From Podarcis liolepis (lineage: Eukaryota), in NCBI GenBank assembly GCA_965112155.1, contig OZ218103.1: DNA of 64,000 bases. One strand, given 5' to 3'. Below the pieces are notes generated by a model. It was given only the letters and a program-made list of their open reading frames with translations, was not told the DNA's origin and made no database searches. Position 1 is the first letter of the stretch, and every line of letters begins with the position of its first letter. Below, piece after piece: positions 52,048-64,000 of the stretch. Position numbers and translations under genes: made by a program.

Positions 52048-55000
52048 ATATGGCTGTGGTGAAAGGGTTAAAGACTACACAATCTTCAGTACCCAGAAGC
52101 AACTCTGAGGACATGTATACCACGAGCTTCTTTGAGAATTGCACATTTGTGTGCCGCAAACTTTCAGTGGGGTATCAGAAATATGAATGATACTCATATA
52201 ATTGGAACAAGAACTTTCATTCACCTCTAAAAGTTAACTCCTCTTCAGTGACCATTGATATGTATTTCAGGTGCCAAACTGAAATTTCAGCACGTTCTTC
52301 TCATTGATAAAGTTTTCATTTGGACCTCAGAAGGACCTACTATAATCTTTTTGTCTCAGGGTCCTGCTCATGTATCAGGCATGGTGTGGATGTTCCCACT
52401 TTCCTGGGCACGTCAAGGGGCCTTGCATTGACAGAACTTTAGTGGCAGAAGATTATGGTGTTTGGTTGCTTAATGTGAAATCTGTCACCCAGGAAACACT
52501 GTGCTCTAAGACAATATCAATAGAAATACTTCCCCAGAATTTGAAGGGATTATTTTGCAATAAAAGAGGAAAAGCCTACTTACTCTGCATGAATTCCCTT
52601 TCAGTCTTGCAAGTCTCTTTCCAGGAGATAGAGAAGGGGAGGTATTGTGCATATGCTGGTCTGCCTAGCAGGAAGACCAGAATGATTATTTTCTGAATAA
52701 TGTGTTTGCATGGTCGGGGCTATTTTAATGGAGGAGTGTTCCTCTCCATTGCTGGGAGTAGTAAAGTTCCAGCTGTGTTCTAAGTGAAGGTTGCTTCTCT
52801 CTTTATTTTATTGGTTAGAAATATGAAGGGGGGTTATTCTTTACAGCACTCCCCTTTGTCAGTCAGGGTGATGTCCTGATGCATTAACCAGACATTGAAA
52901 ACGAATGCTACAGACATGGAATTAAAATTGCAGAGGAGGTGTTACAAATTTGTAATATCTTGTGTGCAATGCATTCAGTGATCTCTGGTAACTCTGAACT
53001 GAAAATGTGTGAGTGAAAATTGGTGGCTTTGTTTGAAATGAGTGGTTAATAGAATGTTGCTTAATGTATTGCTCTTTTGTATCTGAAAAAATATTCAAAT
53101 AAAATGGCTTCACCCCAAAAAATGCAGAGTTGTAACTCTGGGCAGAATTCAGTGTGGTATATTTATGTGAAACACTGTGTTTAAGAGAGCTGCCTACAAG
53201 TGGATTCACATCTCATGGTGCATGCACACATTTCTTTTGTTCCACTGTCACATCTGATCAAACAGATTGAGAATTTTTTTTGAAGCAATACAAGACCTGC
53301 CAAACTTGTTATCAGAGGCATAAGGGAGATGACTGTACTTACCACGAGCAGCAATCCCTCTTTCAAATTGCCTCCAGCTCTCTGAAAAAACCCACTATTA
53401 TTTGACTTTCCTTTCAGGACTGGTTCAATACATTTTGCTGACTAAGGTTAAAGACAGGAGGGCACTTTATCCCCAACCAGACTGGCAGCTAAATCGTACT
53501 TCAACACTGATGACACTGCATTACACTGAACCTGAGCCCTTGCTGCCTCAACATGGCCTTCACCCTGCACCATTCAGGTAAGTGGCAGTGATGCTTGTGT
53601 CAGGAGGGTAACTCTGTGGCACCACCACATGCACTGATTATTTCTGCAGCAAACTTGTTTAAGTGACTCAGGTCAAGTTGAGTGGCATGCATAGCTCTGT
53701 CCTCAAATACAGAGGAATGGTTGGGGATGATCAGAAGGAACAGCCAGGGATTTGTCATCTGCTGCCTGAGGCAGCTGTCTCATTCTGATCCTGTCTCTTT
53801 GGGAACAGCAATGGAATTGCTGCCTAATATGTCCCTAGAGTTGTGAGAAGGCATTGATTTCTATTTCAACTCATGTTCAGTACATGCAGTGCTGTTTCTG
53901 TTCCACTGCAATTTGACTTCTGACAAAAATTTCATTCATCAGCTTGTGCTATGCAATCAATTACATTGTAATTATGTTATTCCACACCGTTCATTTCAGT
54001 GCAAAGGAAACACAATGCAAATGGGTGGGGTCATCAATTATGTGTCAGTTGTACGAATTGTATTCACTGGATTGATTTCCATTTCTGGCATAGGACAAAT
54101 AAGCAAACTTCAGCAAATTCTGCCAGAAATCTCTGACATCCCTAAATATTATCTAACAGTTCTGTCAGTAAAATATCTTGATATGTTTATTTGTTTCTCC
54201 AAATGTGTGCCAAATCATTCAGATCTCTCTCCTTTTCCCCCTTGCGCATATTCCTGTACTTTATTCTTTACACTTACGGGTTGAAATGCACAGTTGTCAG
54301 TGGAGGGGGAGTTGCAATACCTTCTCCATAGCCATTCTCCCCGGATCCACAAACCAAAACCCCCTCACAGCTCTATTCAGCCCATGCACACTACTAAGTC
54401 CTCCATCATCACTCATACACAGGCTACAATGAGCAATTTCTTCCCTTTTCCTTTTCTTTCCATCATTCCTTCTCTTGAAATGACATTTCAGATAAGATAT
54501 ATGAGGTTATATTTGATCTGCAACAGACAGCATTAAGGAGAGGTTGAGCGCAACATCCTTTGTTAGCGCCTGGCTCCCTAGTCTAGTTCCTTGCTTCTGC
54601 AGCAACTCTTGCAGCCTTTTACTACTGAAGCAGCTTAACCTCTTGCCTGTTTCATCCTTAGGTCTGTCCAACCCCTGGCTGACTATATCCCTGGAACAAT
54701 CCTCCTCTATCCAACAGAACCACATTTCTATAGGTCTCCCCATTTGCATTGTGGGTGCTCCTTCTGAGCTGAGCCAAGCATCATTTTTTAGTGTGGCTAG
54801 GTAGAACTGATGACAAAATGCACCACTCCACATGTGGCTCTTTCATGTACTTCTATGGATCTGGGGCTTTATTTTCTTCCGTCAACAAATGCTAGGTCAG
54901 TCTAGGGCCAGAATGCTTATTTGAAGTCATGCACCGAGCGTTTTGGAGCTGAGAATTGCACATTGGGTTCTCACTTTGGGAAGCAGAGCTGAAGGTCGTT

Positions 55001-56564
55001 CATTAAGTAACAAAGCTAGATCCTTAATGAATGGAAGAGTAGGATGAATAAGCCAGAGTAACTACCATGATTTGTTGTCGTTTTTGACTCCTGAACCATG
55101 AAAGGTTAGGGAGAGCCACTTTCTTCCAAACTACTCTTCTCAAGAGCACTGCAGCCTACTATAATTCAATTGTGGCAAGAGATAGCTCTCCTACAGTGAA
55201 GCAGCAAACACATACCTGGGAGTAAGTCCCATTGAAGGGAGTGGGACTTCATTCCAAGTAAATATGTAATGGGTTGCTGTAAGTGTGCCCTCTTTGTACA
55301 AGCATATATAAAAATTGGGAACATTCACAAAGGTGATGCGGTTTTTTAAAAAAATACACTGTTCCTTATCCCTTTTCATACAGTAATGAAAATTATTATT
55401 ATCTAATAAAACAGAAGTCCATCAACATTTGCTGTGCCCTTATACTTATTTCCAGTGGTGGAATCTAGTCTCAGTTGTTCACCAAGTCAATTTGAAGCAA
55501 AATATCTGTAACTAAGAAAGGATGGGACACCTACCCAAGCTTAAACAATTACATTAGAATTAAATTCATGGCTCCATTTGATAATTAAAACCGACATCTC
55601 CTTTAGTTTGTCATTGTATTGATGAATTGAGCTATTGTTTTTACATTTGATTACTGAAGTTTTATGGCCACCATTTCACCCTTACTGCTCTTGAAAATTG
55701 TCTTTCCTAACTACATGGGCAAGCCCAGAGGGTTAATGTTGGGGGAGATCATAATTGTTATTTTTGTAAGCTTCTTATACAACATTTGCTATTTTGGTCA
55801 ACCATATGTATTAAATGAGTCTGTTCAGAATCATGTAATTATATACACATGGTAAGCAGGGCCTTTTGTTTTGTTTGTTTTGAATTTCAGTGTTTCCTGA
55901 ATTACAGCATATCATTTGTGTTTTAATGGGAATAAAGTCAAATATACGTAAGTCCCACTATCTGGATGTGAAACATGGATTTTTAAAAAATCAATGGCAG
56001 GTTTTTGTTGGTATTTTCATGGTTGCGTCAGCTGATTTTAACTCATAGATTAATTGGGTAAAGTTTTAATTGCTCTTATCTGCTCTCATTGAAGTCAATG
56101 AGGCCCATGCTTGCTTGCTTGCTTAGAGCTCTTTTATCCTCTCAGTTTGATAACATTCCTAAAGCAGCAGTATCATTCATACCATATAGAATTCATGCAC
56201 AAAATAAAACAATAAATAGCAGAAGACAGCACAAGAGATATAGAGCAGCAATATAATTTAAAAGCCACCAAAAGTCACCACCCCTTTTAACTGGGCATTG
56301 AAAGATTAATAAGGCTGGCACAAGGCAAGGAGATAGGTGGCCATGACTGAGAAAGCTCCATCCATCTAGAAAATTGTTGTGGATTGTGCTCTGTACTAAT
56401 CACCTTCCATAGCACAAGATCTTAATTATTCTGTTAATTATAGTAAAAATACTCTGTATTCCAGATTCTCAAGTCTATGGAGGAAAACATTGCCATGAGC
56501 TTTTCCTTTACATTTTTAAGGTATCTTACATAAGGAATGAGTCCTTCCCTTCACTATCCTCAAA

Positions 56565-56752
56565 AGGGTCCCTTGCAACTCTACAGTTCTATGATCAATG
56601 AACCCTGTTCTGCCATTGCAGGCAGTTGCCTCCGAATACTTGTTGCTGAGAATAAGAAGTGGGGGTGATGCTGTTTCACTCATGTCCTGCTTGTGGGCTT
56701 CCCAAGGCAGCTTGTTGGCCCCTATGAAAATAGGGTGCTGGACTAGAAGCCT
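56565..56752 (+). mobile_element. CR1-type tail followed by an older LINE/SINE 3' fragment
   Basis: gggtcccttgcaactctacagttctatga, then cctgcttgtgggcttcccaaggcagcttgttggcccctatgaaaatagggtgctggactaga. Confidence 0.55.
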
Positions 56753-56981
56753 TTTCAAGCTTTTTGTGAAACAAGTGTCTGACTGGGTGCTGCACCATAA
56801 AATAGGAGACTTAAAACACTTTTGAAAATACTCATTTTGGTCCAGTTTTGTAGTAGAGGGGTTACATGTAGATATGGGAACATATTTTTTTCGGAGCAGT
56901 CTGCCAGAGTGCCAGAGTAATTGACAAACTCTTCCTGCTCTGGCAAGTGAATGAGGTGATAATGAGGCTTTTATGGTTGTT

Positions 56982-57498
56982 TTGAATCTGTGAGCTCTGC
57001 TGCTGTGTCCCAGTTTCTGCCAATCTAGCAGTTCAAAAGCATGCCAGTGCAAGTACAGTGGTGCCCCGCAAGACGAATGCCTCGCAAAACGAAAAACTCG
57101 CTAGACGAAAGGGTTTTTCGGTTTTTGCGTTGCTTCGCTAGATGAATTTCCCTATGGGCTTGCTTCGCAAGACGAAAAAAGCGAGTTTGTTCGCTTTTTT
57201 CTTAAAGCCGCTTGAAGAGGCGCAGTTGCAACGGACCGTGCTTCGCAAGACGAAAAACATCGCAAGACGAAAAGACTCGCGGAACGAATTAATTTCGTCT
57301 TGCGAGGCACCACTGTAGATAAATAGGTACTGCTGAGGCGGGAAGGTAAACAGTGTTTCTGTGCGCTCTGGCTTCCATCACGCTGTTCTGTTGTGCCAGA
57401 AGCAGTTTAGTCATGCTGGCCACATGACCCAGAAAGCTGTCTGTGGACAAACACCGGCTCCCTCGGCCTGAAAGCGAGAGGATCGCCACACCCCATAG
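56982..57498 (+). mobile_element. Sauria SINE split by a mariner-type MITE
   Basis: Matches the reverse complement of 17695-18082; the SINE motif gtgcaagTAgataaatagg is interrupted exactly at the TA. Confidence 0.88.
57056..57315. mobile_element. Tc1/mariner (Tigger-like) MITE, young and CpG-rich
   Basis: 22-bp TIR cagtggtgccccgcaagacgaa / ttcgtcttgcgaggcaccactg (one mismatch), TA TSD, repeated internal cgcaagacgaa motif. Confidence 0.92.
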
Positions 57499-60400
57499 CA
57501 TTTCAGTCATGCTGATCCTAATAAATTGAGTATTGAGCTATATACTGCTGCTCGGGGGGGGGGGTTGCACACACAGCTATCTGCATTTTTGGATTCTTCT
57601 TGGAGTATGGCTATGGACATCCCTTTAGGGGTGTGGCTGTAGGGACTATCAATATGAGCCCTTGCACTTCAAAATTTTTCAAAATTGCCCCATGTATTAG
57701 AATTACAAAGGTCTCTATTAGGCATTCACATTTTTAAAAAAATAATCCACACACCTCAAAGGCTATTTAAGCTGCCTGTGAGAAACCACCTTCCCTTTTT
57801 TTCAGGTGAGGCTGTTGCTTAATGCTCTCCAAATTGCAATTCCAGTCCAGCTCCTGGTTTCTGAAAGAAAGAGGAAAGCATTTTCTCCCTTTTTAGATCT
57901 CAATTAGATTTGGCTTTGAAGGGAACATATAAAATGCTTAGGTTCACTTTTTTCTTTTTAAAGCCATGTTCAGCTTCTCCAAAGGGATGTTTGGGGAGGG
58001 GGGCACTGAGTGGGGAGTGCTCCTGAATGAGGTTTTTAAACATCCCTTTGACAGAGTCATTTGATTTTTACAGCAAGAACCCACAGTCGGCCTGAGCTCA
58101 CCACAGAGGCATTGCCTCAGGCAGTACAGGAGTTTATAGCCTAGGTCAGGGATCCCAATGCATATTTTACAAGTACTCTCAAATGGCACTTTAGCCTTTG
58201 GCAGGCAGGTGTAAGTCGGAAGAGGCTGCTGCACACAGAAGAGAAGGAGCATCATCCCTGTTATCTGCAAGGGCAAATGAGCAGCAGATAGAAACCCAGG
58301 AAGGAAATGTGAGAGGACTTTAGGCTGGGGATGTGGAAACACAGCACTCCTCAAGGCTAAAGAAAGTGCACAAAATATTGCTGTCAAAGAATTTGTTCAG
58401 CACTCTTCCCTTTCATATGAATAATCTCTTTCATATGAATATTAGCTAAAATATTGTACTACCTAAAATAGTATCGTTTGTATCCAGTTGGTGTTGATAT
58501 CAGCTTTGGTTAGTTTGACTTAGTTCCCCAAATGCTTTCCTAAGGATAAGGAGCCAAAACCTGTTCCATTCCTGCTCCTTGTCTTAATACCAGCAAGGAT
58601 CTTTCCACACCACACATTTTCCATAGTTGCACTATGCTCACTCAATTTTATGAGGTCTTCATGATACTGTCATCAGTGCCCTCCTGTTCTTCCATCTTTT
58701 GTCAAACCACAGAAAATCCAACTTTTTAATTAAAAGTGTAAATACCTGATGATGTACTTTTGACTTGTACAGTGATGTAAAAGGTGGATGAGCCTATCAC
58801 CCGCATCCATGTTTTCATGCACATTCTGGTTACTTTGTTAGTTAAAAATACAGGTTTTTTTATTCAATCTTGTGATTTATTGGGGGGGGGCAATTTTATA
58901 TTTATAAAGTATGAAAAATTATTCACAGAATAATGTAAGATGAAAATATATTGGTGCCATTTTATTCAAATTTATAACATTATTGAAGTAATCACATCAA
59001 TCATGCTGTGCTTCTTAATGATTTAAAATTTTAATGGGGGGGGGGAGAAAAATTATTAAAATGGGGTGCTCGGGTAAATTCTCTTTCCCCGTCTATAGAG
59101 CCATGCCATGCCCTGTATAAGAAACACAGAAGGATGTATACCACCCAAAATGCAGTATTTTTCAATTTGTACAGCTACAATTCGGCATGTAAGTTACAGT
59201 GGGAGAGAAGGAATTGGATAGCATTAGGAGCCACCAGGATGGAAGTGCCCTATAATTCTGAAGTAGGGAAGAAGAAGAATTACTGGGCAGGGTGGTGATG
59301 GATCCCAAGTACAAACAACGCTGCGCTAGCTGCGCTAGCTGCAAGTTGCTGGATAGATCTAGGATCCAGTGGATCCTTGGCTGGCCCAGCTCTGCCCTGC
59401 CCTCATATAGGGGCCTTAGTCTTCCAGTCTGAAAACTGCTGGCAATAGTTTGGCAACAGCCCATTTTGTTGGCAGGCAATGCGAGGCATTCTGTGATAGC
59501 TGAGCCTTGCTCCTCACTAGCAGGTATGGGGAAAACGTCCAAAACACAGCAGCTCCAGCTTGGGGGTGTATGTGTCAGTATTGCTCTGCCCATCGTGGAA
59601 AGTCATACAACTTTCTGTGACTCAGTTTTCTACCTGTAAAACTGAATAACAGCATAAAGGAATGATATTACAGCAGTGAGTACATCTACTACTAGATTTA
59701 TAGCTACCCATACAGAAAGCTGTACTAAAATGATTTCATGTCCTAAAGACTTATTAACCACCCACTTAATAAGTAAGGAGGAGCACCCTGATGGAACTGT
59801 CTCCATCCACTCCCTGTTGGCTATGCTACAATGTTATTCTGTTTAGAAATGGAGGAATCCAGGCAGAACCTGCCAGGTAACAGTTGAGATCTCCCCAACC
59901 TGGTGATGGTAGGTGACCATTGTTGCCCAAGACCCAGAAACCATGAAGTTATGTCAGTAAAAGCAGTTGGCATATCTTCACTCAAAGCAGAAGAAAACTC
60001 ATGGCCGAACAAGGGCTGCTTCTAGGGGATAAGCCCCAGGTAAATCTTGTCCTGCTTTGGTCTGGCTCATGCCAAGAGGCTGAGAAACCAAGTTTAAATC
60101 ACAGGAAATCCTCACAAAGCCGCCTTCAGTAAGCTGTGTGCGCTCCCAGAGTTTCATGTTCCGACACACCTCCTCTCCCTGTTTGTAAAACAATCTTTTT
60201 AATTTTCTGGTTGGCTTGGCAAATCACAGCTGCTCGTTCCCCAGAGCTGCCGAGTGCATTTGCTCAGGTTCCTATTTACATACAGTTGGGCTTTTAATTT
60301 CCTTCTCACCACACATTTTATAAAGAAACCTTCTGAAATGCTGCAGATGGCTGAGAGGGGGGAACCATCTACAGGTCTCAGATCTGAAAGCCCAGCGTGA

Positions 60401-61059
60401 AAAAGGCGAATTTCACTTAACAACAGAGCCCCTGGTTTGTTGTGGATGCCCCATGGCGAGGGTTGGCTTTCCACTCATTATTTCTTTAACTCAATAGCTT
60501 TTACAGTTACCCAGTCTGAGCCAAGGTACTTGAGTAATAATTGATACATGCCACTGAGAGAGGCTTATTAAACACTAGCTTTTGAAGGGTGAAAGTGGCT
60601 GTCCTCACAGGTGGTAACAAGCAGAGAGAAACCCGGGACTGGAGGGAAAATTAGCTCTCCTTCAGCATCTGTTATCACAATTACAATACGAAAAGGGCTG
60701 CCACAAGAAGACTCCTCCTGCAAACGCCCCCATTCTAGAAAATGATAGGGATTTTCTCAGCTTGCTGCATAATGCAGCTGAGTTAATTACTGCCATTTTG
60801 CAGAGCACTGCCCAATCCCACTACCAAACAAATCCTGAATAGAAACAGAGGGTAGCGAACAGGAATTGCTAATTCACTAGCAATGGGGTTGATTGGCAAT
60901 AGGGATTCTCCTTTGCAGGTTGGAGGGGGGGAACTAATTGGCGCACTGTAGTGATTAATACACTACAATTTGTACACACGGTGATTATGGAGATAATTTA
61001 TGCATTCCACCAATGATTATTTCTGCACTATTAAAATCACTAGCTCTATTAAAAGCAGC

Positions 61060-61063
<4 letters not shown>

Positions 61064-61107
<44 letters not shown>
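61064..61107. repeat. (TA)n microsatellite
   Basis: About 22 AT units. Confidence 0.95.
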
Positions 61108-61109
<2 letters not shown>

Positions 61110-63124
61110 CGTTCATCTCCTTAATACGGATATTTGAATTTCACACACCACATTAGAAGTGCTGTATAGATAATCATTGCCTGAAACAGATTACACATTT
61201 TTTTTTAAAAAAGTATCTTGGCTATTCTGTTTTATGAAAGCACTCTTGAACCTTTTTAACACTGTTAATTAACAGCAATAGAGCTCAAACTCTCAAGAAC
61301 TTTGAGCCCCGCTAGGCTTCAGACAAGTCAAAGAAGAGGCAAAAATCTGGTCAGCCAAGCTCTTAAAATATTCACCTGTTGCCTCTCTACTCATATACAG
61401 GCATAAAATATTTCTCAGCGTGTTTATAAGATCATTATTTGCTTTGCCTCCATGTACCCCTGCTTTATATTTAAGAGCAAAGTAGGTTAGAGATCCATAG
61501 TGGCATCTGTTTGTGTGTAATTTCATTTCGGCTTAAGAGCTTCGACAAGTCCCACTGGAAGCGGTTGGAATTTAGCACACAAGGATAAGATTGAGCTACA
61601 CAAGTATGTGATCTCAAAATGTGTTTGGACAGAAGATCTGTTTTTAAAAGGATATCTTAAGAGTAGTTTACAAGGCAGAATTAGCCTATTGAAAAGATAG
61701 GGTGGATGCCTGGAAAAGCACAGGTTGCCTATCACATGCCTGATTCAGACCTGATCCACAAATACTCAGTCAGAAGTAAATTCAATTGATTTCAGTGAGA
61801 TTTACTGCCAAGTAAGTGTGTGTAGGATTCAGACGTTAACAACGACAACAATAATAAATAAGTTTATTATTTATATGCTCCCCATCTAACTAGGTTGCCC
61901 CAGACACTCTGGGCGGCTTTAGAAGTGTGGTTGTTGTGCAAACTGATTCTATGTATTTTCGGTTGGAAGTAAGTCCTCCTACCTAAGTTTGAAATCCTGT
62001 GCACACTTACTTGTGATGGGAATAAGCCCTATAGACACAGTGGGGCTCACCTTTGAGTAAACATGCCGTTGACTGAGCTGTTAATAAAGGTGTGAGCCTA
62101 AGCTGTTCAATGGTATTTACTCACTGGTAAGTCATAGGTTTGGGAGAGAACTAAATAAACAGTTTGGATCTAAACTTACCTGTTTAAAAATATATTATTG
62201 ACTCAGCATGCACAGTTTAGTTATACTCAGATGCACCGTATTCTTTTGTCAGTTTCCTCATTTAAACAGGACCTGCGTTAAGCGTTGTGATAATTGGTTC
62301 ATTAAAAACAGACACCCATTAATGAGAAAGGGATAATAGCTTTAATGCACAGGGGAAGTGATAGTGTAAGGCACATGTCCTTATTCTGAAACCCTAACAG
62401 CTTATTCCTTTTACTAATAAGATTGGTTTATTGTGACTGCATGTTTACAAATCCCATGCATAAGTTATTGACAGGCTCTGAAATGCCGTTAGGAAGGCAC
62501 ACTGCTCTCGAAACATTGGAGCCTGGCCTTATATTTGCCCAGATACTCTGGGCACAACCAAATGTCATTCTGCTGTGGTATCAATATTTGAGCAGATCTG
62601 CTTGTAAATGGCCAGTTCTAGGCATAAATGTTTCACAATTGTGACAGATAAACTCAGCCCTGCACCCAGTGAAAGCTTCTCTGGATGTTAGCCATGACTT
62701 TACAAGAAGCCTCTGCTGAGACAGCAGGAGGAGGAATAAATGTTCATTTTGGCAAAGTTAACAACTACTTCTGTGGTGCTGGGGCAACCCACAAGACCTC
62801 CTCTCCCTTGGAGATTATAGCCATCCTTCCTCATACTGCAAGCTAAGCAAGCTTGATCCAAGTTCAGAATTTGGACAAAAGATTGATAACGACTCAGGTT
62901 TGTTTGTTTGTTTGAGAAAAACTGTGTGACTTGTTTTTTAACATCACCTGAGATGAATGTAGGATTGATTTAGGTAAAAAATAGAAACTGGAAAACCACA
63001 CAGGTGCAGAACAAAAAATAGATGAACAAATAAGGAATGAAATGTGATAAACTTGATACGTGTTTTGAGTATCAGTCTTCATCATTCCTTATTTGTTCAG
63101 CTACTGTATTTTATGCTTGGGAAC

Positions 63125-63232
63125 CTGAGTCAGGCCATTAGTGCATGTAGCTCAGTATTATCTACACTGGCTAGCAGCAGCTTATCAGAATTTCTGATGT
63201 CGTCTCTCCCAGCCCTACATGGAGATGCCATG
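63125..63232 (-). mobile_element. Squam3-like SINE fragment
   Basis: ctgagtcaggccattagtgcatgtagctcagtattatctacactggctagcagcagct...ctctcccagccctacatggagatgcc. Confidence 0.65.
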
Positions 63233-63391
63233 TTTTTACATTTTTTGTTGCAAATGGACTTGCAATGGAAAATTTCTGTGGTGCCTCACTTCCCTTGATG
63301 TCCTAAGCACATGCTTATTTTTCTTAATCCAAGCCTGGGTAGGTACCCTAAAGGTTGATTATCTGATGTTGATCCATGGCCCTGAATTAGG

Positions 63392-63887
63392 GCAGGGTGG
63401 GGAACCTGTGGCCCTCCAGATCTTGTTGGACTCCAACTCTCACCAGCCACAACCAGCATGGCCAATGGTCAGAGGATGGGAGCTGTATTCCAGCAAGTGT
63501 ACCAGCTCAAAGGGACTGAGCCCTTTAGGCCCTCCCTATATTTTTGGGGTTGGGGCTGCCCTCACTCCATGTTCCAGAGGTGAAGCATGGAGCCAACTGT
63601 GGTGCGGCTCCAGTCACTGGTTCCTTCTCCTCTTCCTACTATGGAGGGGAAGGAGGGTTGAAGCAGTCTCCTGCTGGAGGGGGCACCAGGAGGAAGTGAA
63701 GAAGGAGCCACCAGCCAATGAAGGCACACAGCCGCCACATTTGTCTCCACCCTGGCTACTCCCAACGTCCTGACATCACGCGTGTGACATTGGGATGTCA
63801 CAACATGACGCGCATGGCATCCCCCCCGACAAATCGCCCTCATAAGCTGGCACCTCTGATCTGGAAAACCATGTTCCTCTCTCCTGG
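63392..63887. mobile_element. Short hAT MITE interrupted by a ~365-bp insert (63494-63858)
   Basis: Outer element gggtggggaacctgtggccctccagat...gggagctgtattccag resumes as atctggaaaaccatgttcctc. The insert ends caagtgtaccagct / agctggcacctctg (partial inverted repeat). Confidence 0.6.
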
Positions 63888-64000
63888 CCTAAATTGTTGT
63901 AGGGTGATACTGTTTGTTTCTGTATTTATTACATTGTGTAAGGGGCTTTGCAATTTGTTGACAGGATGAACCAAATATAAGAACCTTGCACTCATAATAG

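Noticed and set aside
56516-57052. 178-aa ORF
   Set aside because: Built from a Sauria SINE fragment and CR1/LINE remnants.
40711-64000. Exons of a downstream neighbour (CD34 follows PLXNA2 in mammals) or a miR-29 cluster
   Set aside because: No recognisable CD34-like exon or miR-29 hairpin was seen. A divergent short exon cannot be fully excluded without alignment.

Overview
Vertebrate genomic DNA, most likely a squamate and probably a lacertid lizard, judged from Sauria-type SINEs, tRNA-Lys/CR1-tail SINEs and Squam3-like SINEs. The + strand carries the last nine coding exons of plexin-A2 (PLXNA2), between 628 and 31360. All have GT-AG junctions with matching phases and splice into one open frame of 1332 nt (443 aa plus TGA). 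This encodes the cytoplasmic Rho-binding domain and the C2 segment of the split GAP domain. A probable ~9.3 kb 3'UTR follows, ending near an AATAAA at 40686. The remaining ~23 kb looks intergenic, with no recognisable coding exons. Introns and flanks hold many SINEs, CR1/L2 fragments, hAT and Tc1/mariner MITEs (three nested insertions) and microsatellites. Almost all other ORFs in the supplied track are spurious. I found no convincing novel protein-coding system. The best leads are non-coding: a CpG-rich ~100-nt stem-loop near the end of the 3'UTR, a ~330-nt foldback inside the 3'UTR, a CpG-rich island with an array of palindromic units at 45.1-46.0 kb, and homeobox-motif-dense candidate enhancers. 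Repeat family names come from recall and need RepeatMasker/Dfam confirmation.
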